Source of the DNA: Myxococcota bacterium
Lineage (GTDB): Bacteria; Myxococcota_A; UBA9042; PHBI01; JAWLBL01
Length of the DNA stretch: 64,000 nt
NCBI GenBank assembly: GCA_041687695.1
Contig: JAWLBL010000005.1
Location: 36,382 to 100,381, forward strand
Direction of reading: 5' to 3'
Position 1 is the first letter of the stretch. Each line of letters opens with the position of its first letter. The translations under genes and the position numbers were made by a program. A model generated the notes under the pieces. That model did not search any database. It saw nothing but the letters and a program-made list of their open reading frames with translations, and was not told where the DNA came from. This document shows positions 8,944-17,581 of the stretch, piece by piece.

Positions 8944-9482
8944 GAGCGCTCCAGGAGGATGGCCCTGTAGGCGATGGCAAAGTTCTCGGCCGTGTGTGGG
9001 ACCTGGTCGGCTCTCCACGAGGCGAGCCACTGTTCGGGGGACAGATGATAGCGGGCCTCGAACTCGGCGCGCTCGTGCTCGACGTCCAGGGTCGCCTGGT
9101 GCTCGGGGTCGGACTCGCTGCCGGCGAGCCAGCTCGAGAGGCTCGGGGCCTCTTCATTGAGCGCACGCCAGCCGTCGCCCTTGCGGAGGAGGAAGAGGAC
9201 GAGGGGGCCTGCTCGGTCGACCTGCAGGAGCTGGTCTCGGCGGCCGTCGAGCTCGAGGACGGCCGCTCTCTCGTCCGTTGGAACGAGGAGCGCCGTGGAC
9301 TCGTGAGCGGCGATGGCGTCCGAGACGGTGCTGACGACGCAGGGAGGCGCGTCGGGGGACGCGAGGCTGGCGACCTCGTCGACCAGCCAGTCTCGGAGCG
9401 CGAAGTCGGGGAACCAGACGAGCGCCACGCCGCCTGCGTCACGCTCGAGGGCGTTGACCAGGTTGGCGACGGGATCGGTCAT
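8940..9482 (-). CDS. hypothetical protein (degenerate NTPase-partner-like)
   Basis: 180-aa ORF with ATGA overlaps at both ends; LDGRRDQL...PLVLF...APSLSSW segment. Confidence 0.65.
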   Translation of the reverse strand: MTDPVANLVNALERDAGGVALVWFPDFALRDWLVDEVASLASPDAPPCVVSTVSDAIAAHESTALLVPTDERAAVLELDGRRDQLLQVDRAGPLVLFLLRKGDGWRALNEEAPSLSSWLAGSESDPEHQATLDVEHERAEFEARYHLSPEQWLASWRADQVPHTAENFAIAYRAILLERS

Positions 9483-10660
9483 GGCGCGGCCTGCGGCTCG
9501 GGCGTGAGGAGCGGGCGCACGAGGGGGTGGGGTCGCATCACCGTGCGGCCCTTCTCCGTGCGTTCGAGCAGGATGGCGTGGGCGAGTAGGCGGACCTTGC
9601 GGGCGAGGTCCATCTCGCGGCCATCGGTGCCGTCGACCAGGCGGAGGGCTTCGGTGTCGCCTGGGAGGAGCGCGCGGAGGAAGCTGGCCTCCATGTCGCG
9701 CCCGGCTTCTTGGAGGTGGGGTTGAACGACCGGCCAGTCGGTGCCCCAGGTCTGGCGCGCATAGGTGCCGGCGTCGGCGACGAGCTGGAGGAACATGCGG
9801 GGGAGGCCGCCGCTGAGCTCGGCGGCGTGGCGGAGCAGGGCATGAAACTCGGCAGGAATGGAATGGTCAGCTGCCAGGAACGACAATATGTTGTCGTCGA
9901 GGCCGTCGGCGGCAAGAGAATGCGCCCTCAGTCCGAGCCGAGCTTCGAGGATCCTGACCAAAAACCCTCGCCCCTCGAAGTCGCCTTCGGCCTCGACCGG
10001 CACGGCCTGCATGACAACGAGCTTCTCTCCGGGCCGCATGACGTCTTCGGCAAGGGGACCGTAGACGGCTTGCCAGGGGACGACGGCGACCAGGTCCACG
10101 CTCTCGGAGAGCGCGCCGAAGGCCTGGAGGACGGCCTTTGCGCCCTCGCCTGCCTTCTCCAGACCGTCGATGAGCAGTGTCACTCGGCGCTGGCGTGAAG
10201 CGTTCGCGACCTCGTCCACGATGGAGCGCAGGAGGACGGCTTCGGAGGCGCGTACGGCTTCGGCTTCCGCCGTCTCCGAGTGGGTCTGCGGCAAGACGCC
10301 GCTTTGCACCAATGCGGCTCGAAGGGGCGCGGAGATGGGGAGATGGAGTGCGTCGCGTGCGAGCTCTGCGAGGCGTCCTGCGGCACGCAGCTGGGCCCGC
10401 TCGGGCGTGAGCTCGCGCATGTTCTCGAAGCGGTCGAGTTGAACCAGGCAGGCGACTCGCTCGCGCTGGAGGAGCTTGGCCGCGTGCGCCAGCTCGGTGC
10501 TCTTTCCGACACCGACGGGGCCCCCGACCAACACCGTAGCCACACCGGAGACGACCGTATCGGCGAGCCGCCGCGCGACCTCGTTGGGAGGTGGCGCATA
10601 GCGAGCGTCGTCGACCCCGAGCGGTCGGTGGGGCGTCAGGCTTCGCCAGTCCGGCTGCAT
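9479..10660 (-). CDS. P-loop NTPase (STAND/AAA-like)
   Basis: Walker A GPVGVGKST, Walker B LLIDGLEK, SGGLPR (GxP) motif; ATG 10660 with GAGG RBS. Confidence 0.8.
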   Translation of the reverse strand: MQPDWRSLTPHRPLGVDDARYAPPPNEVARRLADTVVSGVATVLVGGPVGVGKSTELAHAAKLLQRERVACLVQLDRFENMRELTPERAQLRAAGRLAELARDALHLPISAPLRAALVQSGVLPQTHSETAEAEAVRASEAVLLRSIVDEVANASRQRRVTLLIDGLEKAGEGAKAVLQAFGALSESVDLVAVVPWQAVYGPLAEDVMRPGEKLVVMQAVPVEAEGDFEGRGFLVRILEARLGLRAHSLAADGLDDNILSFLAADHSIPAEFHALLRHAAELSGGLPRMFLQLVADAGTYARQTWGTDWPVVQPHLQEAGRDMEASFLRALLPGDTEALRLVDGTDGREMDLARKVRLLAHAILLERTEKGRTVMRPHPLVRPLLTPEPQAAP

Positions 10661-10800
10661 GGAGACCTCTTGCACGTCCGACTCGCCGGGAACCTTAGCG
10701 CCGAGCGGGCGCGGTGTCATGTCGGATGCGGCCCAAGGTAGGGGGAGACGGAGCCGGCTCGGGGCTCATGGCGTGCGGTGGACTCGCTCGTCTGCTTGGG

Positions 10801-10921
10801 CTCGGCGACGCGGCCGGAGGTCGGGCGGTCGAGGAAGACGGCAGGACGCGGGCGGCGGGGTGGAGAAGGTCGTCGGCAAGGGGGGAGGATGGATCAGGGG
10901 GGCGCGGGGGCGATGGGGTGA
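10801..10921 (-). repeat. HIT 5'-end repeat copy 5 (degenerate, frameshifted, decayed promoter)
   Basis: ctcggcgacgcgg...gggcggtcgaggaagacgg...ggcggcggggtggag...aggatgga..ggggggcgcggggg aligns with copy 1; ATG changed to TTG and -35 to TCGCCC. Confidence 0.8.
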
Positions 10922-11204
10922 GGGGGCGATGCAGGGCAAGCGCAAAGTCTCAGGTGGCTCGCCACGCCTTGCATTGGGCGCGGCTAGCCGCGCTCGGCCG
11001 GAGCACGAGCGAGCTCGCGCAGTCCGATCGACGGCCTCCGGGGTGGATTCGGGGCGGCGAGCCTCGACGGCCCGGCGTAGCTCGCCGAGGCTCGTGGGGC
11101 GCGGAGTTCGCTGCGCACGACGCTGGAGGGACTTTGCGATGAGCTGGAGGGCGATGAGGGCCAGCGCGTGGCCATGGCGGACAACCTGGAGTCAGTGGCG
11201 GATT

Positions 11205-11255
11205 CGGCGCAGCAAGCTGCGCCGCGCCGGGGCTCCACCAAGGTGGAGCACTCCG
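11205..11255. repeat. REP-like double hairpin (half element)
   Basis: CGGCGCAGC-AA-GCTGCGCCG and GCTCCACC-AA-GGTGGAGC-ACTCC; same sequence at 62192-62241. Confidence 0.7.
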
Positions 11256-11331
11256 GGGGGCGCTTGCGCGGGGCTCGGTGGCCGAAGCGGCTCGTGCGTC
11301 GCGGGAGACGCGCTCATCGGACGGGGCCGGG

Positions 11332-14300
11332 TCAGCCGGCGACGACCTTGGCGGCCTCGAAGGCTGGGAGGGGCATGGGGGTGCGCAGGCGCCAGGTGAT
11401 GGAGATGGGGCGGCTGCCCTGGTGGTCGACGAGGTCGGCGGGGCCGAGGAAGAGATAGGGGGCCGTGAGCTTGCGGGGGTCTTTCTTGGCGTCGCGGACG
11501 AAGAGCAGGATGTGGGAGCCGGTGTCGCGGTGGGTGAGGTAGCGGCGGCCGGTCGGGGAGTCGGGGGTGGTGGTCGACTGGGACTGCCAGTGGAAGAGCT
11601 CGGGCGTGAGGGGGTAGTCCTCGTAGCGGGTGGTGGGCGAGAAGTGGCGCTCGGTCTTGTGGAGCGTGATGAAGAAGAGGTCGGTGCGGGTGCCCGGGTC
11701 GTAGAAGACGCCCTCGCGCGGGGGCGTGGGGCGGGTCGGGTCGAGGCGGGCGAAGGCGGCGATGATCTCGTCGCGGGTGTAGCGGCCGTGGACGTGCAGG
11801 GGCGCCGGCGACAGGGGCAGCGGCTGGTGGGGCGCCTGGGAGCGGGCGTCGAGGACGTCGAGGAGCTGGGTCAGCTCGGCGAGGACCGCCGGGTGGCGCC
11901 AGAGGTCGTCGAGGGAGGCCTGGAGGGAGGGCCAGGCGTCGCGGGAGCCGCGCAGGCCGAAGTGGAGCATGGCGAGGAGGCGGCGGTCGCGCTCGGACAG
12001 GGCGGACAGGTCGGGCGGCGCGGGGGCGGCCAGGACGCGGCGGTAGGTCTGGCAGCGCTCGGGGTCGTCGACGTGCAGGAGGGTGGCGAGGGAGCGCAGG
12101 AGCGGGGCTTCGTCGGGGCCGGGCGGCGGTGTCGGCAGGCCGGCCTCTCGGCGGACGGTGGTCCAGGACCAGCCGCGGCTGCGGTAGAGGTCCTCGGGCT
12201 CGAGCAGGGTCTCGCGGAGGAAGTCGGCGAGGGTGACCGTGGGGCCGAGGCGCTGGGCGACGGCGCGCAGCTCGTCGGCGAAGCGGCGGGTGGTGGTCGG
12301 GAGCGAGGCCTTGATGTGGGCGAGGATGGTCTCGCGGGCGACCGGGTCGAGCTCGAAGTGGCAGCCGGCGGGGAGGTAGGGGAAGCCGTGCTCGATGACC
12401 TCGGTCAGCGCGCGGCGGGAGGCGCCGGACAGGGCCGCGTAGCGGAGATCGAAGCGGAACTCCTTGCGCTGGCGGCCGATGAAGTCGAGCACGGTGCAGC
12501 AGGTCTTGCCGTCGGAGAAGCGCAGGCCGCGGCCGAGCTGTTGGAGGAAGACGGTGGCGCTCTCGGTGGGGCGCAGGAACAGGAGCGTGTCGACCTGGGG
12601 GACGTCGACGCCCTCGTTGTAGAGGTCGACGGCGAACAGGGCGTTGAGGTCGCGGCGGGCGAGGCGGGTCAGGGCGGCGTCGCGCTCGGCGGCCGGGGTG
12701 TCGGCCGAGACGGCGAGGGAGGGCAGGCCGGCGGCGGTGAACTGGGCGGCCATGAAGCGGGCGTGGTCGACCGAGACGCAGAAGCCGATGGCGCGCATCT
12801 GGTGGACGTCGGGGAGCTTGGCGCGCAGGGCGGCGAGGACCAGGGCGACGCGGGCGTGGTCGCCCGTGTAGAGGTTGGTGAGGTCCTCGGCGGCGTAACC
12901 GCCGCGGCGCCAGGAGACGTGGCGGAGGTCGGTGTTGTCGGACAGGCCGAAGTACTGGAAGGGACAGAGGAGCTGGCGGTCGAGGGCCTCCCACAGGCGC
13001 AGCTCGGCCGCGATGCGGTCGCCGAAGAAGGGCAGGACCGACTGGCCGTCGGCGCGCTCGGGGGTGGCGGTGAGACCGAGCAGGTAGCGCGGCTGGAGGC
13101 GGTCGAGGAGGCGCCGGTAGGTCGGCGCGGCGGCGTGGTGGAACTCGTCGACGATGACCATGTCGAAGTGGGCGGGCGGCAGATCGTCGGGGCCGAGGGC
13201 GTCGAGGGACTGGACGGAGGCGAAGACGTGGCGCCAGGCGTCGGGGCGGGCGCCGGCGACGAAGAGCTCTCCGAAGGCGCCGTCGCGGAGGACGGCGCGG
13301 AAGGTGTGGAGGGTCTGGAGGAGGAGCTCCTTGCGGTGGGCGACGAAGAGGAGCTTCAGGTCGCCGTGGGCCTGGACGAGGCGGCGGTAGTCGAGGGCGG
13401 CGACGACGGTCTTGCCGGTGCCGGTGGCGGCGACGACCAGGTTGCGAGTGCGGCCGTGGCGCTCGCGCTCGAGACGCAGGGCGTCGAGGATCTCGCGCTG
13501 GTGGGGGCGGGGCTCGACGTCGAGGTGGACGAAGCTGAGGGTCGGCGCGGGCTGGTGGCGCGCGAGGGCGCGGTCGAGGCGGGGGGCGTCGCGGGCGGGG
13601 TCGTAGGGCTGGAAGGCCTCGCTGAGCCAGTAGCTGTCGAAGGTGGCGCGGAACTTGTCGAGCAGGTGCGGGGCCTCGGTGTTCGACAGGCGGACGTTCC
13701 ACTCGAGGCCGTCGAGGAGGGCCGAGCGGGACATGTTCGAGGAGCCGACGTAGGCGGTCGAGTAGCCCGAGGCGCGATGGAAGAGCCAGGCCTTGGCGTG
13801 CAGGCGCGTCGTGTCGCGCTCGTCCATGGCGACGCGGATCTCGGCGCCGAGCTCGTGCAGGCGGTCCAAGGCGCGGCGCTCGGTGACGCCCATGTAGGTG
13901 GTGGTCAGCAGGCGCAGGGGGCGGCCGCGGTCACGGAGGTGGGCGACGAGGGCGGACTCGAGGGTGCGCAGGCCGTACCAGCGGACGAAGGCGAGGATGA
14001 CGTCGACGCGGTCGGCGGAGGCCAGCTCGCGGCGGAGCTCGGCGCCGATGGAGGGCTCGCCGTGGGCGTTGGTGAGGAGGGCGCTGCCGGACAGGACGGT
14101 GGTCGGGCGGTCGGGGGGCGCGGAGGGGGCGAGCGGGCGGGCTTCGGTGATGGCGAGGAGCTGGCGGGCCGGCAGGGCGAGGGCGTCGCCGTCGTCGGGG
14201 GCGCGGCGGGCGTCGCGCAGGACGGCGAGGACGCGCTGGTGCAGGGCGGCCTGCTCGTCGGGGCGGCCGCGGAGGGCGCGGGTCAGCAGGTGGTGGAGGT

Positions 14301-14466
14301 GGCGCGCGAGGGCGACGTGGGCGTCGCCGGGGTCGAGGGGCTCGGTGTGGGCGGTGGCCGAGGCGGGGAGCGCGCGGAGGCGGCGGTCGAGGGCCTCGGT
14401 GACCAGGGCCTCGTACAGCCCGGGAGGGAGCGCGTCGGGGGCGAGGTCGTCGGAGCCTTGCGTCAC
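11332..14466 (-). CDS. PLD-like nuclease / SF2 (DEAD/DEAH-like) helicase / DUF3427 domain protein
   Basis: LHAKAWLF...GSSNMS (PLD), ATGTGKT, DEFHH, TATPER, QQLGRGLR; C-terminal YEDY...FHWQSQS (DUF3427); AGGAGG RBS. Confidence 0.9.
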   Translation of the reverse strand: MTQGSDDLAPDALPPGLYEALVTEALDRRLRALPASATAHTEPLDPGDAHVALARHLHHLLTRALRGRPDEQAALHQRVLAVLRDARRAPDDGDALALPARQLLAITEARPLAPSAPPDRPTTVLSGSALLTNAHGEPSIGAELRRELASADRVDVILAFVRWYGLRTLESALVAHLRDRGRPLRLLTTTYMGVTERRALDRLHELGAEIRVAMDERDTTRLHAKAWLFHRASGYSTAYVGSSNMSRSALLDGLEWNVRLSNTEAPHLLDKFRATFDSYWLSEAFQPYDPARDAPRLDRALARHQPAPTLSFVHLDVEPRPHQREILDALRLERERHGRTRNLVVAATGTGKTVVAALDYRRLVQAHGDLKLLFVAHRKELLLQTLHTFRAVLRDGAFGELFVAGARPDAWRHVFASVQSLDALGPDDLPPAHFDMVIVDEFHHAAAPTYRRLLDRLQPRYLLGLTATPERADGQSVLPFFGDRIAAELRLWEALDRQLLCPFQYFGLSDNTDLRHVSWRRGGYAAEDLTNLYTGDHARVALVLAALRAKLPDVHQMRAIGFCVSVDHARFMAAQFTAAGLPSLAVSADTPAAERDAALTRLARRDLNALFAVDLYNEGVDVPQVDTLLFLRPTESATVFLQQLGRGLRFSDGKTCCTVLDFIGRQRKEFRFDLRYAALSGASRRALTEVIEHGFPYLPAGCHFELDPVARETILAHIKASLPTTTRRFADELRAVAQRLGPTVTLADFLRETLLEPEDLYRSRGWSWTTVRREAGLPTPPPGPDEAPLLRSLATLLHVDDPERCQTYRRVLAAPAPPDLSALSERDRRLLAMLHFGLRGSRDAWPSLQASLDDLWRHPAVLAELTQLLDVLDARSQAPHQPLPLSPAPLHVHGRYTRDEIIAAFARLDPTRPTPPREGVFYDPGTRTDLFFITLHKTERHFSPTTRYEDYPLTPELFHWQSQSTTTPDSPTGRRYLTHRDTGSHILLFVRDAKKDPRKLTAPYLFLGPADLVDHQGSRPISITWRLRTPMPLPAFEAAKVVAG

Positions 14467-14564
14467 GGAGGGCCTCCTGCGGGGGCGAAGGGAGGCGGCG
14501 ACCGTACTGCGCGGGCGGGAGGTCTGGCAACGGGGTGTTGGGGGGGGGCGAGCGCGCGGCGGAT

Positions 14565-14599
14565 TGCACGAAACTTAACTGAGAGTTGAGTTTCGTGCA
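14565..14599. promoter_or_regulatory. inverted-repeat operator upstream of AbiEi
   Basis: TGCACGAAACTtAACT-GAG-AGTTgAGTTTCGTGCA: 16-bp arms with one mismatch, abutting the ATG. Confidence 0.7.
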
Positions 14600-15189
14600 T
14601 GAATCGAAACGAGACATCGAGACGGGGAGGGGATTGGGACGCGCTGTATGGGGTGGCCGAGGCGCAGGCCGGGTACGTCACGGCGGCGCAAGCGCGTGAG
14701 GCCGGGTACTATCCGGAGCTACTGCATCGGTACGTCGCCAACGGCACCCTCGCGCGGGTGCGGCGTGGGGTGTACCGGCTGGTGCACTTCCCTGCGAGCG
14801 AGCACGAGGAGCTCGTCGTGGTGTGGCTGTGGGCCGACCGGGCGGGGGTGTTCTCGCACGAGACGGCGCTCTGGCTGCATGGGCTCTCTGACGTGCTGCC
14901 GGCGCGGGTCCATCTGACGGTGCCTTCGAGTTGGCGCAGGAGGCGGCTGCGAGTGCCCCACGGGGTCGTGATGCATCATGCGGAGGTGGCCGAGGGGGAC
15001 CGGTCCTGGATGGGGCCGGTGCCGGTCACGTCGGTGACGCGTACGCTGCGGGACAGTGTGGCGGCGCATGTGTCGCCCGAGCTGAACGAGGCGGCGCTGG
15101 CGGAGGCGCGGGCGCGTGGGCTGATGGGGGCGGCTGAAGCGGCCGAGGTGGATGAGGCGCTGCGAGCAGCGGGGGAGATTGGCTCGTGA
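14599..15189 (+). CDS. abiEi: type IV toxin-antitoxin AbiEi-family antitoxin
   Basis: AEAQAGYVT...LARVRRGVYRL wHTH; FSHETALWLHGL; PVTSVTRTLRD. Confidence 0.85.
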   Translation: MNRNETSRRGGDWDALYGVAEAQAGYVTAAQAREAGYYPELLHRYVANGTLARVRRGVYRLVHFPASEHEELVVVWLWADRAGVFSHETALWLHGLSDVLPARVHLTVPSSWRRRRLRVPHGVVMHHAEVAEGDRSWMGPVPVTSVTRTLRDSVAAHVSPELNEAALAEARARGLMGAAEAAEVDEALRAAGEIGS

Positions 15190-15240
15190 GTACGACGCGG
15201 TACGCGACTCCGCAGGCCTTCAAGCAGGGGTTGGAGCAGC
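15186..15240 (+). pseudogene. abiEii: N-terminal stub of an AbiEii nucleotidyltransferase toxin
   Basis: GTGA-coupled MSTTRYATPQAFKQGLEQ, a typical AbiEii start, then breaks off. Confidence 0.65.
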
Positions 15241-15323
15241 TTGTTGAAGGCTCAGCCTTCGGCCTTGGCGCGGCTGAGCAGGCGGGCGTGGACGGAGGCC
15301 GCGAGGTTCGCGGGGGTGGTCAT
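15231..15323 (-). pseudogene. abiEii: N-terminal stub of a second AbiEii toxin
   Basis: ATGA-coupled MTTPANLAASVHARLLSRAKAEG*AFNKLLQ, a typical AbiEii start (NxAASVxARL) with an in-frame stop. Confidence 0.7.
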
Positions 15324-15925
15324 TGCAGGGCCTCGAGGTAGGGCCGGAGCGGGCCCTCGACGCGGCAGAGGCGGGCGTAGTGCAGGAGTTCGGAGGGCTG
15401 GACGTGCTTGCGGGTGAGGGCCTGCTGCAGGGCATCGAGGGCGACGTCGAGGCCGAGCTTGTGGCGGAAGCGGAAGCAGTCGACGACGGTCTTGGCGAGG
15501 CCGTAGACGGGCACCTGGACGCCGTCGAGGGGGAGGTGCTCGATGCCCTCGGAGAACGCAGGGCCGGAGAAGTGGAAGACGCGGATGGGCGGGTGGTCGA
15601 GCGCGGGGGGAGTAACGCCTCTGGGGAGGGCGATGTGGACCTCGTGGGGCACCTCGGAGGTGGCGTCGTGGAGGGCCAGGGCCGAGATGAGGCACACGAC
15701 GGCGCGAGGGACGCGGAGGGCGACGGTGACGAGGTCCGGGTGCTCGAGCGGCGGAGCGTCGGTGAGGCGGTAGACGCCGCGGGTGAGCGGCTCGACCAGG
15801 CCGGCGTCGCGGAGGGCGTAGAGCGTGCGGGGGTGGATGCCGAGGGCCAGGGCCTGGCTGGTCTCGAGCATCCCGGCGTGCTCTCGAAAGACCTGGAGGG
15901 CGTGCTGCGTGGAGTGGAGCGTCAT
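15320..15925 (-). CDS. abiEi: type IV toxin-antitoxin AbiEi-family antitoxin
   Basis: GLVEPLTRGVYRL, VVCLISALALHD, VYGLAKTVVDCFRFR...LRPYLEAL. Confidence 0.85.
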   Translation of the reverse strand: MTLHSTQHALQVFREHAGMLETSQALALGIHPRTLYALRDAGLVEPLTRGVYRLTDAPPLEHPDLVTVALRVPRAVVCLISALALHDATSEVPHEVHIALPRGVTPPALDHPPIRVFHFSGPAFSEGIEHLPLDGVQVPVYGLAKTVVDCFRFRHKLGLDVALDALQQALTRKHVQPSELLHYARLCRVEGPLRPYLEALQ

Positions 15926-15927
15926 GT

Positions 15928-15975
15928 TGGATAGAATCTACACCACTTCGCTATGGGTGTAGTGGATTTTATCCA
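15928..15975. promoter_or_regulatory. imperfect inverted-repeat operator upstream of the second AbiEi
   Basis: TGGATAgAATC-TACACC...GGTGTA-gtg-GATTtTATCCA; AT-rich and adjacent to the start codon. Confidence 0.55.
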
Positions 15976-16149
15976 GGCGGGTGCCTGCGGTGGTGGGCGC
16001 AGGGGGCGGGGCGCAGCGAGCTGGGCCAGGCCGGAGCACGATCGACCTCGTGCAGTTCGGGGGGCGGGCGTCGATTGCGAAGCAGCGGCGCGGTTGGATG
16101 GGGGCGGCGCGGCCTTGGGGGGCCGCGCCGCGGGGGGACGAGGGGGGGA

Positions 16150-17265
16150 TTAGAAGGTGGGGTTGAGGGAGTCGAGCCAGGTGTAGGCGTCGAAGGGGGC
16201 GGCGAAGGGCTGGGCGGCGGTGGCCGGGAGGGGGGCGTAGGCGGTGGGGGTCAGGGCCTGGGTGGCGTCCTCGGTGAAGGGCTCGGGGGTGCCGAGGGTG
16301 ACCCACTGGTGGAAGCGGGCGCCGCCGTTGGCCTCGTAGGTGATGACCCAGGCGAGGTGGAGCTTGGGGGCCGAGGCGAGGTCGACGCCGACCAGTTCGA
16401 AGTCGGTGACGGTGCCCTCGACGGCCGGGGAGGTGACGACGACGTTGGTGCTCTCGAGGGGCTCGCTGCCGTCGCAGCTCTGGGCGTAGACGCTGACGGA
16501 GGCGGCGATGAGGCGGCGGCTGACGAGGGAGACGTCGGTGAGGGGGGTGGTGACGGGCTCGCCCTGGGCGTCGGTGTGGACGGCCTCGGTGGGCAGGGGG
16601 AAGGTCGCGTCGACCTGGACGGCGAGGGTGTCCTCGTCGAAGACCAGGCTGGCGGCGGCTTCGATGGCGCCGGGGGCGGTGGAGAGGGCGACGCCACGCT
16701 GGGGCTCGGTCCAGCCGGTGACCAGGGTGAGCATCGGGGTCGGGGCGGGGGTGTCGTCGCAGGTGGTCTCGACGCAGGACTCGCCGTCGCAGCGGGTGCA
16801 GGCGCACTGGGAGGTCACGCAGGACAGGACCATGCAGCCGTCGTTGCCGATGCAGGCGGGGTCGGGCTTGGGGGCGTGGGCGGGCGGCTCGTCGCAGGTG
16901 GGGGTCCAGGGGTCGGTGACGTCCGGGTCGGTCGCGTCCGGGTCGGTCGCGTCCGGGTCGGTCGCGTCCGGGTCGGTCGCGTCCGGGTCGGTCGCATCGG
17001 GGTCGGTGACGTCGGGGTCGGTCGCGTCGGGGTCGGTGACGTCGGGGTCGGTGGTGTCGGGCTCGGTGGTGTCGGGCTCGGTGGTGTCGGGCTCGGTGGT
17101 GTCGGGCTCGGTGGTGTCGGGCTCGAGGACGTCGGATTGGTCGGTGTCGGGGGTCGGCGAGGGGCTCGGGCCGTCGGAGCCGCAGGCGGACGCGAGGAGG
17201 GCCAGCAGGGCCAAGGTGGTCAGGCCGCGGGCCGGAAGTCGAACGCGAGAGCGGGTGCGGGTCAT
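16150..17265 (-). CDS. putative lipoprotein with PD(T/A/V)T(E/D) repeats and Cys-rich motif
   Basis: Signal peptide plus lipobox LASAC; ATG 17265 with GGAGGTG-like RBS (GAAGTGAG). Confidence 0.75.
   Translation of the reverse strand: MTRTRSRVRLPARGLTTLALLALLASACGSDGPSPSPTPDTDQSDVLEPDTTEPDTTEPDTTEPDTTEPDTTDPDVTDPDATDPDVTDPDATDPDATDPDATDPDATDPDATDPDVTDPWTPTCDEPPAHAPKPDPACIGNDGCMVLSCVTSQCACTRCDGESCVETTCDDTPAPTPMLTLVTGWTEPQRGVALSTAPGAIEAAASLVFDEDTLAVQVDATFPLPTEAVHTDAQGEPVTTPLTDVSLVSRRLIAASVSVYAQSCDGSEPLESTNVVVTSPAVEGTVTDFELVGVDLASAPKLHLAWVITYEANGGARFHQWVTLGTPEPFTEDATQALTPTAYAPLPATAAQPFAAPFDAYTWLDSLNPTF
16912..17122 (-). repeat. coding 15-bp tandem repeat (14 units)
   Basis: PDTTE/PDATD/PDVTD units. 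Confidence 0.85.
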
Positions 17266-17581
17266 GGTGCGGCTCACTTCGGGAGGTTGCGGTGGGGTCG
17301 CTCGCGCTGGGCTCCGTGCCTGCGGAGCGAGGTACGTCAGATGTGGCAGGCCGCCAAAGCAGGAACCGGGCCAAGTGGGGCGGGGCCGCGTGGCCTCTAC
17401 GGACATGGCGAGATGGGCCGCTGGACATGTGGCGAATAGTTACACACTCCCCCTCCCCTCCCCCGGGGCAGCGGTGTCGCGGGGGGGAGAACAAGGGCGG
17501 CCGGGGGCGGCGCTTGTCTTGGGGCGAGCGAGAGGCCTAAGCTGCGCGCGCCTTGATTTCAAGGATGGGAGGGACAGGGCG

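Noticed and set aside
4..10921. Classical integron with attC sites
   Set aside because: No tyrosine integrase is visible, and the repeats are coding-gene fragments of unequal length without attC R/L-box palindromic structure.
2068..10921. Diversity-generating retroelement TR/VR pairs or IS ends
   Set aside because: No reverse transcriptase or transposase is present; differences are not adenine-specific; no terminal inverted repeats.
11030..11200. Possible plus-strand gene remnant (LRTTLEGLCDELEGDEG...)
   Set aside because: Short, preceded by a stop codon and not assignable to a family.
11278..14589. 1103-aa plus-strand ORF and similar long antisense or shifted ORFs (e.g. 21785-24871, 43051-45909, 49647-52895, 57314-61609, most of 57565-61524)
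   Set aside because: Shadow frames of real genes in high-GC DNA, with low-complexity R/G/P/A composition and no motifs.
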